Notes: generated by a model not told the origin, from the sequence alone. A stretch of 35,546 nucleotides of DNA from Candidatus Eiseniibacteriota bacterium (GCA_044229145.1 JBGATO010000038.1:1-35546); one strand, 5' to 3'. Numbered from the stretch's first letter, positions 1 through 9,053 are shown. Numbers and translations are program-made.

Positions 1-16
1 GCCCACCAGGTGCGCA

Positions 17-64
17 AGGAAAGAAAGCCGCGCGGCGGAGGGCGTGTCGCTCTCCGCCGCGCGG
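17..64 (-). terminator. Rho-independent terminator
   Basis: Arms 28-44 (ccgcgcggcggagggcg) and 48-64 (cgctctccgccgcgcgg) pair with one mismatch. On the minus strand the hairpin is followed by CTTTCTTTCCTT. It lies just downstream of the minus-strand POP/small-ORF unit. Confidence 0.8.
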
Positions 65-83
65 TGGTGTGGGGCCGGCGATG

Positions 84-251
84 TCAGGTGCGCGCCGAAA
101 CCTGCCGCTTGGCGCCGCGCGCCATCCACGATGCATGGCGCTTCCGCTTGAGAGCCGCCACGCGAATCCGATTGAGGCAACACACGCAGTGGTGCTCGTC
201 GCCCTCGGCTTCTGCCGGCGTCGCCGCCGCGTTCACTTGCACCAACGTCAT
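84..251 (-). CDS. Small hypothetical protein, 55 aa, with HHCVCC motif and basic C-terminus (not in the ORF track)
   Basis: Hand translation: MTLVQVNAAATPAEAEGDEHHCVCCLNRIRVAALKRKRHASWMARGAKRQVSART*. An AGGAG Shine-Dalgarno overlaps the POP stop codon, 7 nt before the ATG, and the terminator follows directly. Confidence 0.55.
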   Translation of the reverse strand: MTLVQVNAAATPAEAEGDEHHCVCCLNRIRVAALKRKRHASWMARGAKRQVSART

Positions 252-260
252 CGTCGTCTC

Positions 261-2435
261 CTAGTTGGTCAGACCCAAGCCGACATAGAGAAAGGCGAAC
301 AGGTCGACATCTTCGAGCACGTACTTCGCACGGGGCGAGTCGTGGCCGTGGCCGGCCTTGGATTCGACGCGCAGCAGGATCGGCGCACTCCCGCTCGACG
401 CCGCTTGCAGGCGCGCGGCGAATTTGTACGCCATGCCCGGGAACACGCGGTCGTCGTGATCGGCGGTGGTGATGAGGGTAGCCGGGTAGCGCACGCCGTC
501 CCGGACACGGTGCAGCGGCGAGTACGCGTGCAGGAAGGGGAACTGGGCCGGATCCTCCGGCGAACCGTACTCGGGAATCCACCAGCGCCCGACGGTGAAG
601 CGGTGGAAGCGCAGCATGTCCGTCACCGGAATCCGCACCAGCGCGGCACCGAATAATTCGGGGTGCTGCGTGACGCACGCGGCGGTGAGCAACCCGCCGT
701 TCGACGCGCCCTCGATTGCCAGCCGCGCCGGCGACGTGTAGCCGTGCGCCATCAAGTAGCCGGCCGCCGCCAGGAAGTCGTCGAACGTGTTCTGCTTCTT
801 GTCGAGCATGCCGGCCTGGTGCCACGTCTCGCCGTATTCGCCGCCGCCGCGCAGATTCGGCACCGCGAACACGCCGCCGTTTTCGCACCAGGCGATGACG
901 CGCGCGGCGTAGCGCGGCGTCTTCGCCACGCCGAAGCCACCATAGCCGCTGAGCCAGGTTTGCCGCGCGCCGTCGAGCGGCGTCGACTTCTTGCGGACCA
1001 CGAACATCGACACCAGCGTCCCGTCCTTCGACGGATAGAACACTTGCTCGGTGACGAACTCGGCGGGCTGGAACGGCAGCGATTGGCTGGACGCGAATTC
1101 GCTCAACGCACCGGTCAGCATGTTGTAGCGATAGACCGTCGACGGCCGCGTGAATGACGTGACGCCGAGCAGGAGTTCGCTGTCGGACGTCTGCCCGCCC
1201 AAATCCTCGACGGTTCCGAGCTCCGGCAGCGCGATGTCGCGCACCTTCGTGGTGTCGAGGCGATAGATCGAGACCTGCGAGGTCGCGTTGTGCAATCGCG
1301 CGATGACCAGCTGGTTGTTGACGATGCGCGCATTGGCGATGACGTCGCCCGATTCCGGCACGATGTCGCGCGGCTTGGAGATCTTGCCGGGGCCGTAGTC
1401 CACGACAATGATCTTGCCGAGCGGCGCACCCGCGGTCGTCCAGAAGTAGAACTTGCCACTCACCGCGTCGAGGAACGTGTAGCGCGAGGTAAAGCCAGTG
1501 AACAGCGGCTGCACGCGGGCGTTGAGGATGGTGCGGTCGAGCACGTAGATCTCGTCGAGATCGAGTGCGCCGTGCGCGACGGTGAAGATCAGATAGCGGC
1601 CGTTGTGTGTGATCTGCACCGACGGGTCGCCCAGTGAGTCGCCCGGCGCCTCGAAGATGACGTGATCGAGTTCCTGCGGTGTTCCGAGGTGGTGATAGTA
1701 GATCTTGCCGCGATAGTTCTCGCCGCCCGCCGGCACCGAGCCCGGCGCCGGGAAGTGCTTGTAGTAGAAGCCGTCGTTGTCGGGTCGCCAGACGATCGAG
1801 CTGAACTTCACCCAGCGGAGTTCGTCGGTGTGGTCGGCGCCACTCGCTACCGTGCGCACGCGGATGGACTGGCGATCGCTGCCGTCTTCGCCGACCGTGT
1901 AGGCGACCAGGCTGCCATCATCGCTCGGCACCACGCTGGTGACCGCGACGCTGCCATCGGCTGACATCGCCGCCGCGTCGAGCAGCACGCGCGGTGCGCC
2001 GGTGGCGCCGTCCTGCACGTACCAACTCGGCTGCGTCTCTTGGCCGGCGATGCGCGAGAAGAAATACCGGCTGCCCCGCTTGACCGGCACCGTGGTGCGC
2101 GCCACCGCATGCAGCGCGCTGAGGCGCGTCGTCCACGCCGTGCGCAGCGGCACCGCGTCGAGCACCTTGCGGGTCAGGGCGCCTTCCGCGGTCACCCAGT
2201 CCCGGGTCAGCGGTGCGTCGAGATCTTCGAGCCACCGATACGGATCAGCGACCACCGTGGTGCCGAACGTGTCGAGCACCGCCTCGGGCGGTGCCGGGGG
2301 ATACACCAGCTTGTCGGCGGCACGCGCGGCGAGCGGCGCGGCCGACGCGAGGAGGACGAGACACGCGGCGATGCGCGGAAGGGTGCGGCACGCGCGGGCA
2401 GGCGCGGCCGGGCGAAGCGCCCAAGTGATGCTCAC
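261..2435 (-). CDS. Prolyl oligopeptidase (peptidase S9A), probably exported
   Basis: Motifs DPYRWLE, GYGGF, NLRGGGEYG, catalytic GASNGG (Ser), DHDDRV (Asp) and AGHG (His). Signal-like N-terminus ending in AARA. Start placed at GTG 2435 behind AGGAGA; the ORF track extends to 2537. Confidence 0.95.
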   Translation of the reverse strand: MSITWALRPAAPARACRTLPRIAACLVLLASAAPLAARAADKLVYPPAPPEAVLDTFGTTVVADPYRWLEDLDAPLTRDWVTAEGALTRKVLDAVPLRTAWTTRLSALHAVARTTVPVKRGSRYFFSRIAGQETQPSWYVQDGATGAPRVLLDAAAMSADGSVAVTSVVPSDDGSLVAYTVGEDGSDRQSIRVRTVASGADHTDELRWVKFSSIVWRPDNDGFYYKHFPAPGSVPAGGENYRGKIYYHHLGTPQELDHVIFEAPGDSLGDPSVQITHNGRYLIFTVAHGALDLDEIYVLDRTILNARVQPLFTGFTSRYTFLDAVSGKFYFWTTAGAPLGKIIVVDYGPGKISKPRDIVPESGDVIANARIVNNQLVIARLHNATSQVSIYRLDTTKVRDIALPELGTVEDLGGQTSDSELLLGVTSFTRPSTVYRYNMLTGALSEFASSQSLPFQPAEFVTEQVFYPSKDGTLVSMFVVRKKSTPLDGARQTWLSGYGGFGVAKTPRYAARVIAWCENGGVFAVPNLRGGGEYGETWHQAGMLDKKQNTFDDFLAAAGYLMAHGYTSPARLAIEGASNGGLLTAACVTQHPELFGAALVRIPVTDMLRFHRFTVGRWWIPEYGSPEDPAQFPFLHAYSPLHRVRDGVRYPATLITTADHDDRVFPGMAYKFAARLQAASSGSAPILLRVESKAGHGHDSPRAKYVLEDVDLFAFLYVGLGLTN

Positions 2436-2662
2436 GACGATGTCTCCTGATGCCGTGTGGTGCGATGCCGCTGCGCACGAGATCGCGCAGAACGGCGGAA
2501 GCTGCAAGCGTAGCCTGGCGTCGCGCGCCCTGTCCATGTTGGAGGGTGCAGCACGTCGCCGTCGTGGACCCGCCCGTGTCGACCCGGTAAGCTGGTCTCG
2601 CGCGCGCCCGCACGGTGCCCTCTCGGCTGTCCGCGCGCGGAGAGGCCGGAGGGCAATGCGCG

Positions 2663-3790
2663 ATGCAACACGAATCAGGTGCGGGGCGGCAGGAGCAAGG
2701 TGTTCCGCGCATCGTGGCGGCAGCCACGGCGGTTCCTCCGCATACCGTGACGCAGGACGAGGCGCGCGGGTTGGCCGCCGAGCTGTTCGCGGGATTGCTG
2801 GCGGATGAGCCCGGGTTGCTCGGCGTCTTCGACCACGCTGGTGTCGCGACGCGCCGGACCAGCCGGCCGCTCGACTGGTATCGGCAGCCGCACGGCTGGG
2901 GCGAGACTGCTGACGTGTTCGTCGAGACTGCGCTGGCGCTTTTGGCGGAGGCGGCCCGCGATATCCTTGCGCAGACAGGATGCGCCGCCTCGGACATCGA
3001 TCATCTCGTCGTCGTCACCTCGACGGGCGTGGCGACGCCGAGCCTCGACGCGCGCTTGTGCAACATCCTGCCGTTTCGCAGTGACGTACGCCGCACGCCC
3101 CTCTGGGGCCTCGGCTGCGCGGGCGGCGTGGCCGGCTTGGCCCGCGCCCGTGAATTCGCGCTGGCCGATCCCTCCGCGCGTGTCCTGCTGCTCGCCGTCG
3201 AGCTGTGCTCGCTGACCTTTCAATCCGGCGATGGCGACCGGCGCACGCTGGTGGCGGCGTCGCTCTTCGGCGACGGCTGCGGCGCCGCCCTCGTGTGTGG
3301 CGCGCAGGCCCCGCGCCCGCCGGCCTGGGACGCGGCGCCGCGCACCGTGCTCGCGCTGCGCGCCGCGCATAGCGTGCTGTGGCCGGACACCGAGGATGTC
3401 ATGGGCTGGACGGTGGACGATGCGGGATTGCACGTCGTCTTCTCGCGCGACATCCCGACCATCGTGCGCGAATGGGTGCGCCCGAGCCTCGACGTGTTCC
3501 TCGCGCGGCACCCGCTCACCGGCTCGCGGCCACCGCGCTTGGTCCTGCATCCCGGCGGGCCCAAGGTGTTGGCGGCGTATCGCCACACCCTCGCGGTCGA
3601 GGCGGCGGCGCTCCGCCACGCGCGCGACGTGCTGCACGCCCACGGCAACATGTCGAGCCCGACATGTCTGTTCGTCCTCGATCGCAGCTGGCGCGCCGCC
3701 GCGTTCGCGCCGGGCGACGATGTCCTCTTCGGCGCGCTCGGCCCCGGCTTCTGCGCCGAGTACGTGTTGGGGCGAGCCGACCTATGGTGA
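2663..3790 (+). CDS. Type III polyketide synthase (chalcone/stilbene synthase-like, BpsA/SrsA type)
   Basis: Catalytic triad motifs GLGCAGG (Cys), HPGG (His) and HGNMSS (Asn); also VELCSL, LFGDG and GPGF. GGAGG upstream of ATG 2663. Confidence 0.93.
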   Translation: MQHESGAGRQEQGVPRIVAAATAVPPHTVTQDEARGLAAELFAGLLADEPGLLGVFDHAGVATRRTSRPLDWYRQPHGWGETADVFVETALALLAEAARDILAQTGCAASDIDHLVVVTSTGVATPSLDARLCNILPFRSDVRRTPLWGLGCAGGVAGLARAREFALADPSARVLLLAVELCSLTFQSGDGDRRTLVAASLFGDGCGAALVCGAQAPRPPAWDAAPRTVLALRAAHSVLWPDTEDVMGWTVDDAGLHVVFSRDIPTIVREWVRPSLDVFLARHPLTGSRPPRLVLHPGGPKVLAAYRHTLAVEAAALRHARDVLHAHGNMSSPTCLFVLDRSWRAAAFAPGDDVLFGALGPGFCAEYVLGRADLW

Positions 3791-4317
3791 GCATCTGCGT
3801 GGCGACGCTCGCCGCGCTCCTCATCAGCCGCGTGGTGGAATTGGCGATTGCCGCGCGCCACGAGCGCCTGCTGCGCGCCCGCGGCGCGCGCGAGGCCGGC
3901 CGCTCCCACTTTCCGCTGTTCGTCGCGCTGCACGCGGCGTTTCCGGTGGCGCTGTGGTGGGAGGTCGCGCACGGTGACGTCCATCCGCCGTCGTGGTGGC
4001 CGGTGTGCGCCGTGATCGTGCTTGCCGCGCAGGGCTTGCGCGCATGGTCGATGCACGCGCTCGGCGATCACTGGACGGCGCGCGTGTGGGTGATCCCCGG
4101 TGTCGTCGTGCCGCCGCGCGGTCCCTACCGGGTGATCGCGCATCCGAGCTATCTCGCCGTCACCCTCGAGCTGGCCGCGTTGCCGCTGGCGTTCGGCGCG
4201 TGGCGCACCGCCTGCGGCGCGACGCTGATCAACGCCCTCGCGCTGGCCATTCGCATTCCGGTCGAGCAGCGGGCGTTGCGCTCCGTGGCCCTCGCCGGGC
4301 GCGACACGCCGCAGTAG
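3784..4317 (+). CDS. Isoprenylcysteine carboxyl methyltransferase family membrane protein (BpsB/SrsB-like)
   Basis: Hydrophobic protein with LGDHWTARV, GPYRVIAHPSY and RIPVEQRAL motifs. The start overlaps the PKS stop, and this gene is the usual partner of type III PKSs. Confidence 0.9.
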   Translation: MVSICVATLAALLISRVVELAIAARHERLLRARGAREAGRSHFPLFVALHAAFPVALWWEVAHGDVHPPSWWPVCAVIVLAAQGLRAWSMHALGDHWTARVWVIPGVVVPPRGPYRVIAHPSYLAVTLELAALPLAFGAWRTACGATLINALALAIRIPVEQRALRSVALAGRDTPQ

Positions 4318-4326
4318 GATGTGCCC

Positions 4327-5769
4327 ATGACCGCAGGCACGCCGCTCGAACCCACCGCCGCCGAATTCGACCGGCTCACCGCGTCGTGCGTCGCGTTCGT
4401 GCGCGAACACCTCACCACGCTCGAAACGCAACCCGCCTTCGACCTCACCGACGCCGAGTTGCGCGCCGCTGCATTCCGTGAGGACGTGCCCGAGACCGGC
4501 ACGCCGATCGAGGCGCTGCTCGCACGGCTGGGACCCGCGGTGGCAACGTCGTTCAACACCGCCGGGCCCGGCTACCTCGCCTTCATTCCCGGCGGCGGCA
4601 TCTACAGCGCTGCGCTCGCCGACTACATCGCCTGCAGCGTGAATCGCTACGTCGGAGTGCATCGCGCGGCGCCGGCGCTCGTGGAGATCGAACGGGCGGC
4701 GATTCGGTGGCTTGCCACGCTCATGGGCTATCCCGCGGATGCGGGCGGTCTGCTCACCACCGGCGGGTCGCTGTCGAACCTCATCGCGTTGGTCGCCGCG
4801 CGCGTCGATCGTCTCGGCGAGGACTTCTTCGACGGTGTGCTGTACGTGACGCCGGAAACGCACAATTGTGTCGCCAAGGCGGCGCGCGTCGCCGGCTTTC
4901 CCGCGCGAGCGCTCCGCACGGTGCCCGTCGACGCCCGCTGGCGTATGCGGCCCGATGCGCTCGCCGCCGCGATCGCCGCCGATCGCGCCGCGGGATTGCG
5001 GCCGTTTTGCGTCGTGGTGTCGGTCGGCACCACCAATACCGGCGCGATCGACCCGATCGACGACGTGCTTGCCCTCGCACGGCGAGAAGGGCTCTGGGTG
5101 CACGCCGACGCGGCGTACGGCGGCTTCTTCCGCCTCGCCGACGGCGGTGCCGCGCTCCTCTCCGGCGTCGAGCGGTGCGACTCGATCACGCTCGATCCAC
5201 ACAAAGGCCTGTTCCTGCCGTACGGCACTGGATGTCTGCTGGTGCGCGATCCGCGCGCGCTGGCGGCGGCGCACGCCAATCACGCCGGATACTTGCGGGA
5301 CGTCGAAGCCCACGGCGACGCACTCAATTTCGCCGACATTTCGCCGGAACTCTCGCGCGATTTCCGCGGCCTGCGCGTGTGGCTGCCGCTGATGCTGCAT
5401 GGCGTGGCCGCGTTTCGCGCGCAGCTCACCGAGAAGCTCACCCTCACCCGCGAGGCACACGCGCGGCTCCTGCAGCTGCCCGGCATCGAGATCCTCGATG
5501 AGCCGCAACTGTCGGTGATCGCGTTTCGCCTGCGCCTCGCCGGCGCCACCGCCGAGGACGAGGACGCGCTCAACGCCGCGCTGCTCGAGCGCGTCAATGC
5601 GCGGCGCCGCGTGTTCCTCTCGAGTACCGTCATGGATGGGCGCCTGGTACTACGCATCTGCGTCCTCAGTTTCCGCACCCACCGCGATCGCATCGACGAC
5701 TGCCTGCAGGCGATCGCGGACGAATCCGCCGCGCTCGCGCGCGGCCACCAGGAGGAATGCCAGCCATGA
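4327..5769 (+). CDS. PLP-dependent group II (aromatic L-amino acid-type) decarboxylase
   Basis: Motifs TTGGSLSN, GTTNTGAID, HADAAYGG and SITLDPHK (PLP lysine). Alternative start at GTG 4321. Confidence 0.9.
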   Translation: MTAGTPLEPTAAEFDRLTASCVAFVREHLTTLETQPAFDLTDAELRAAAFREDVPETGTPIEALLARLGPAVATSFNTAGPGYLAFIPGGGIYSAALADYIACSVNRYVGVHRAAPALVEIERAAIRWLATLMGYPADAGGLLTTGGSLSNLIALVAARVDRLGEDFFDGVLYVTPETHNCVAKAARVAGFPARALRTVPVDARWRMRPDALAAAIAADRAAGLRPFCVVVSVGTTNTGAIDPIDDVLALARREGLWVHADAAYGGFFRLADGGAALLSGVERCDSITLDPHKGLFLPYGTGCLLVRDPRALAAAHANHAGYLRDVEAHGDALNFADISPELSRDFRGLRVWLPLMLHGVAAFRAQLTEKLTLTREAHARLLQLPGIEILDEPQLSVIAFRLRLAGATAEDEDALNAALLERVNARRRVFLSSTVMDGRLVLRICVLSFRTHRDRIDDCLQAIADESAALARGHQEECQP

Positions 5770-5984
5770 GCGACGACTTCCTCGATCACGTTGCCTACGA
5801 ACTCTCCGCCGACGTGCAATGCCCGTACTGCGGCGAAACCTGCGAGATCGCGCTCGACCCCGCCGGCGGTGCGGTGCAGCAGTACGTTGAAGATTGCCAC
5901 GTGTGCTGTCAGCCGTGGACGGTGGTCGTCACCTACCACGCAACAGGCCAAGCGGACGTCTTCGTCGAACGCGCGGACGGCTAG
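5766..5984 (+). CDS. CPXCG-motif cysteine-rich (zinc ribbon) protein
   Basis: QCPYCGE...YVEDCHVCCQP signature. ATGA overlap with the decarboxylase stop; AGGAGG upstream. Confidence 0.88.
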   Translation: MSDDFLDHVAYELSADVQCPYCGETCEIALDPAGGAVQQYVEDCHVCCQPWTVVVTYHATGQADVFVERADG

Positions 5985-6718
5985 AGGCCGCCAAGCCACG
6001 GATAGCCCTTGTCCTCCCAATAGCCGCCAGGCCGTGTGTCGGTGAACGAAATGCGCGTCAGGTATTTGATGTTCTTGTAGCCTAGCTTGAGCGGTGAGTA
6101 GAGCCGCAGGGGCGCACCGTGATCCGGAGCCAGCGGTGCCCCGTTGAAGTGATCCGCCAAGATCGTCTGCGGATGCGCGCACGTTGCGAGATCCCATCCA
6201 CTGAAGTACCCACTGTCGAACGATTCGCAGCGCGCGTACCGCGCTTCCGGCTTCACGCCCGCCATTTCCATCACCGTGGCCATCGGCACGCCGCTCCACG
6301 ACGCGATCGCCGTCCAGCCTTCGACGCAGTGGTGCTTCACGGTGTAGGAGCGGTGAGGCATCTGGCGCAACACGTCGCGGGTGAGGGCGAGCGGTGTGCG
6401 CACCAAGCCGTCGACCACGAGGCACCAGGCCGCCTCTTGCGCCGGCGTGAGCTCCGGAAGGGTGCGGCTGCGGTGATACACCGGGAGCGAGGCCGCCCGC
6501 CGCGACTCATCGTACTCCGGTGCCAACCGCGACGGCGAAATCACCTTCTCGCCCCACCAATCGTTGACCCGCGCAAGCCGCGCTAGCGTCGACTCCGCGC
6601 GGCGGTTCTCGCAGCCGCTCGCCACCAGGAGCGCTGCCGGCGTCACCAACGACAGCCGGAAGAAGTCGCGGCGATCCAGTGTGCCGCGCATCGGTGTGCG
6701 CGCATCGGACTCAGTCAT
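5981..6718 (-). CDS. Molybdopterin-dependent oxidoreductase, sulfite oxidase/MsrP(YedY)-like, with Tat signal
   Basis: Twin-arginine motif DRRDFF, Mo-ligating Cys in HHCVEGW, and motifs HGAPLRL, KLGYKNIKY and GYWE. Confidence 0.9.
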   Translation of the reverse strand: MTESDARTPMRGTLDRRDFFRLSLVTPAALLVASGCENRRAESTLARLARVNDWWGEKVISPSRLAPEYDESRRAASLPVYHRSRTLPELTPAQEAAWCLVVDGLVRTPLALTRDVLRQMPHRSYTVKHHCVEGWTAIASWSGVPMATVMEMAGVKPEARYARCESFDSGYFSGWDLATCAHPQTILADHFNGAPLAPDHGAPLRLYSPLKLGYKNIKYLTRISFTDTRPGGYWEDKGYPWLGGL

Positions 6719-7481
6719 GTTGCGTGTACCTCCCGCGGTAACGTCCGGTGAGTATCGCGCGCAGCGATGCCGGATCGGCCACGAACACCATCACGACATG
6801 CACGACCAGAAACGCGAGGAAGAGCCAGACCGCGACGAAGTGCCAATACCGCGTCCACTCGAATCCGCCGAACGCCGCGGTGAGCCACGCGAGCTGCACC
6901 GGCTTGTACAAGGCGAATCCGCTTGCCACCGCGATTACGCCGAGCAGCACGATGAACGTGTAGGCGCCTTTCTGGAGCGCGTTGTGCTTGCCCTGCGGCG
7001 GATGCTCGCGTCGCAAGCGGAGGTAGTAGAGCTGCATCGCCCACGCCGCCGGCACGTCGGCAGGCCGAAAGAGCAGCGCGCGCCATTCGCCGGACAACGC
7101 GAGGTACGCGAGATACAAGAGCCCCGAGACGACGAACGGCCAGGCGAGCGTGAAGTGCCATTCCAAGCCGCCCGCCAGCCATCCCCCGAGGCGAAACCAC
7201 GCCGGCACGCGTTCGCCATCCAGCGGATTGGGGACGGGGAACGTCGCGCCACGCGGTCCGAAGTGCGGATACGCCCCGTAGACCTGTAGGCCGCTGCCGA
7301 TCATGCCGGCGAGCAGCACGGCGTTGGCCCAATGCGTCACGCGCACGAGGAGATGATGGCGCGTCACCTCGTCGCTTGGCTTCGGGGTCGCGGGCGTGGG
7401 GACTTCACATGTCGCGGGCATCGGCGCCGGCGGGAGGTCCGCCGTCGGTGTAGGTCCGCCCGCGTCAGGCGTGTGGGACAG
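6711..7481 (-). CDS. Cytochrome b/b6-domain membrane subunit (Ni/Fe-hydrogenase or thiosulfate reductase cytochrome b-like), partner of the molybdoenzyme
   Basis: Heme-His helices RVTHWAN, WHF and YWHF...VHV, plus KHNALQK; overlaps the start of the next gene. Start is uncertain: CTG 7481 behind GGAGGAGG, or ATG 7421. Confidence 0.85.
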   Translation of the reverse strand: MSHTPDAGGPTPTADLPPAPMPATCEVPTPATPKPSDEVTRHHLLVRVTHWANAVLLAGMIGSGLQVYGAYPHFGPRGATFPVPNPLDGERVPAWFRLGGWLAGGLEWHFTLAWPFVVSGLLYLAYLALSGEWRALLFRPADVPAAWAMQLYYLRLRREHPPQGKHNALQKGAYTFIVLLGVIAVASGFALYKPVQLAWLTAAFGGFEWTRYWHFVAVWLFLAFLVVHVVMVFVADPASLRAILTGRYRGRYTQHD

Positions 7482-7587
7482 ACAGGCCTCCTCCCGGCGC
7501 AGGCGGTCTCCACCCCCGTGATGGAGCCGCGGCGCACCTCTCGGAATGCACGCAGGTCCGCGAGGGTTCCGCGCACCGAACGGCGCA

Positions 7588-7616
7588 TTGTGTCGCTGCC
7601 GCGGCCGCCCTATGGT
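7588..7616 (+). promoter_or_regulatory. Putative sigma70 promoter giving a leaderless NUDIX mRNA
   Basis: TTGTGT-17 nt-TATGGT, ending 7 nt before ATG 7624, with no Shine-Dalgarno. Confidence 0.5.
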
Positions 7617-7623
7617 TCTCGGC

Positions 7624-8154
7624 ATGTCCGACGCCACCCTCATCCGCGAGATCTATCGCGGGCGCGTCGTGCACCTCTTCGTGCACGACGTGCAACTGCC
7701 CAACGGATTCCGCACCGAGCTGGAAGTCATCCGGCACCCCGGCGCATCGGCCGTGGTGCCCTTCGTGAGCGAGACCGACATCTTGCTCGTGCGCCAGTAT
7801 CGCCATGCGGTCGACGGCTACCTCTACGAACTCCCCGCCGGGAAACTCGACGACGGCGAACCCCCGGAGACATGCGCCGCGCGGGAACTCGAGGAGGAGA
7901 CCGGGCACCGTGCCGGCGCCCTCCAGAAACTGGGGGCGATCCTCACCACGCCCGGCTTCACGGATGAGGTGATCCACCTCTTCGTCGCCACCGACCTGAC
8001 GCCGACCCAATCGCATCTCGAGGCCGACGAAGTCCTGAGCGTGGTGCGCCTGCCGTTCCGCGAAGCGCTCGCCATGGTGGAGGACGGCCGCATCACCGAC
8101 GGCAAGACGGTCAGCGGCCTGCTGATGGCGGCCCGAACGCGCGAGGTGCGGTAG
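7624..8154 (+). CDS. NUDIX hydrolase (ADP-ribose pyrophosphatase-like)
   Basis: Nudix box ELPAGKLDDGEPPETCAARELEEETG; also RQYR, PGFTDE and ITDGKT. Confidence 0.92.
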   Translation: MSDATLIREIYRGRVVHLFVHDVQLPNGFRTELEVIRHPGASAVVPFVSETDILLVRQYRHAVDGYLYELPAGKLDDGEPPETCAARELEEETGHRAGALQKLGAILTTPGFTDEVIHLFVATDLTPTQSHLEADEVLSVVRLPFREALAMVEDGRITDGKTVSGLLMAARTREVR

Positions 8155-8889
8155 CTACTTCGCGGTGTCGCGTGACTCCTCGGGTGCCTCGGAGGCTGAA
8201 GCCGGTGCGGGTGCTGCTGCCTGCGTCGCCGCGAGTCGTGCGGCGGACCAGGCGCCTCCTGGTGCCCGCGCCGGCGGTTTGGCGGCGGCCGCGCCCTCTC
8301 CGCGCTCGACACCATGCAGGACGATCTCGAGACCGGTGCGCAGCAAGCGATCGATCCGCAGCGGCATGCCCAGCGCGAACGACATCTGGACCCCGTCGGT
8401 CAGTGCCTTCAGCAACTCCGCCGTAGCCTCGACATCGATCTCCCGCACATCGCCCTGTTGCACGCCTTGACGGAGCAAGTTCGACATCTCGTGGATGTAG
8501 CTCCGGTGCAGTTGTTGGAGTTGCTCGCGCATCTCCTGATCGCGCAGCGCCATGTCGCCCATGACGACCATGAAGCGCGCATGATCCGCGTTGGTGGCGA
8601 ACAGCTGGAAGAAATAGCGGGCGAGGGCCCGCAGCTTGACCGGCAAGAGATCTTGCGAAGCGACGATCTCTCGCAGCGCTCCCATCGACCGCTCGTAGTC
8701 CTCGACCACCAACGCATGGAAGATCTCGCGCTTGGAGCGGAAGTGGAAGTAGACGCCTCCCTTGGACATGCCGGCGCGCCGCGCGATGTCCTCGACGCGC
8801 GTCTGATAGTAGCCGTCCTGCAAGAAGCACGAGCGCGCAGCAATCAGGATCTGGTGCACGCGCACGTCGTGCGGCAACTTGCGGGGCAT
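8155..8889 (-). CDS. TetR/AcrR family transcriptional regulator
   Basis: HTH motif TRVEDIARRAGMSKGGVYFHFRSK. GGAGG upstream of ATG 8889. Ala/Pro-rich C-terminal tail. Confidence 0.92.
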   Translation of the reverse strand: MPRKLPHDVRVHQILIAARSCFLQDGYYQTRVEDIARRAGMSKGGVYFHFRSKREIFHALVVEDYERSMGALREIVASQDLLPVKLRALARYFFQLFATNADHARFMVVMGDMALRDQEMREQLQQLHRSYIHEMSNLLRQGVQQGDVREIDVEATAELLKALTDGVQMSFALGMPLRIDRLLRTGLEIVLHGVERGEGAAAAKPPARAPGGAWSAARLAATQAAAPAPASASEAPEESRDTAK

Positions 8890-9005
8890 AGCGGCGAGGT
8901 CCTCCCGGGAAACGGCAAAGAGCGCCAAGAAGCGCCGCTGCCGAGTATCCGCGGAACGCCGATAGCCGGCAAGCGCCGGACGCGCGCAGCCGGGGCCGCG
9001 TGACG

Positions 9006-9053
9006 CCCCGCACGCAGAGGCCATCGCATGGTGCGACGCATCTGCGTGCGGGG
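9006..9053. terminator. Strong stem-loop downstream of the peptide trio (terminator or 3' protective hairpin)
   Basis: Perfect 13-bp arms ccccgcacgcaga / tctgcgtgcgggg plus an inner tcgca/tgcga stem. No U-tract. Confidence 0.5.

Noticed and set aside
3220..5508. 762-aa minus-strand ORF, and similar long antisense ORFs such as 10059-12251, 14324-16711, 25150-27303 and 28397-30445
   Set aside because: Arg/Ala-rich shadow frames of well-supported genes in high-GC DNA, with no recognisable motifs.
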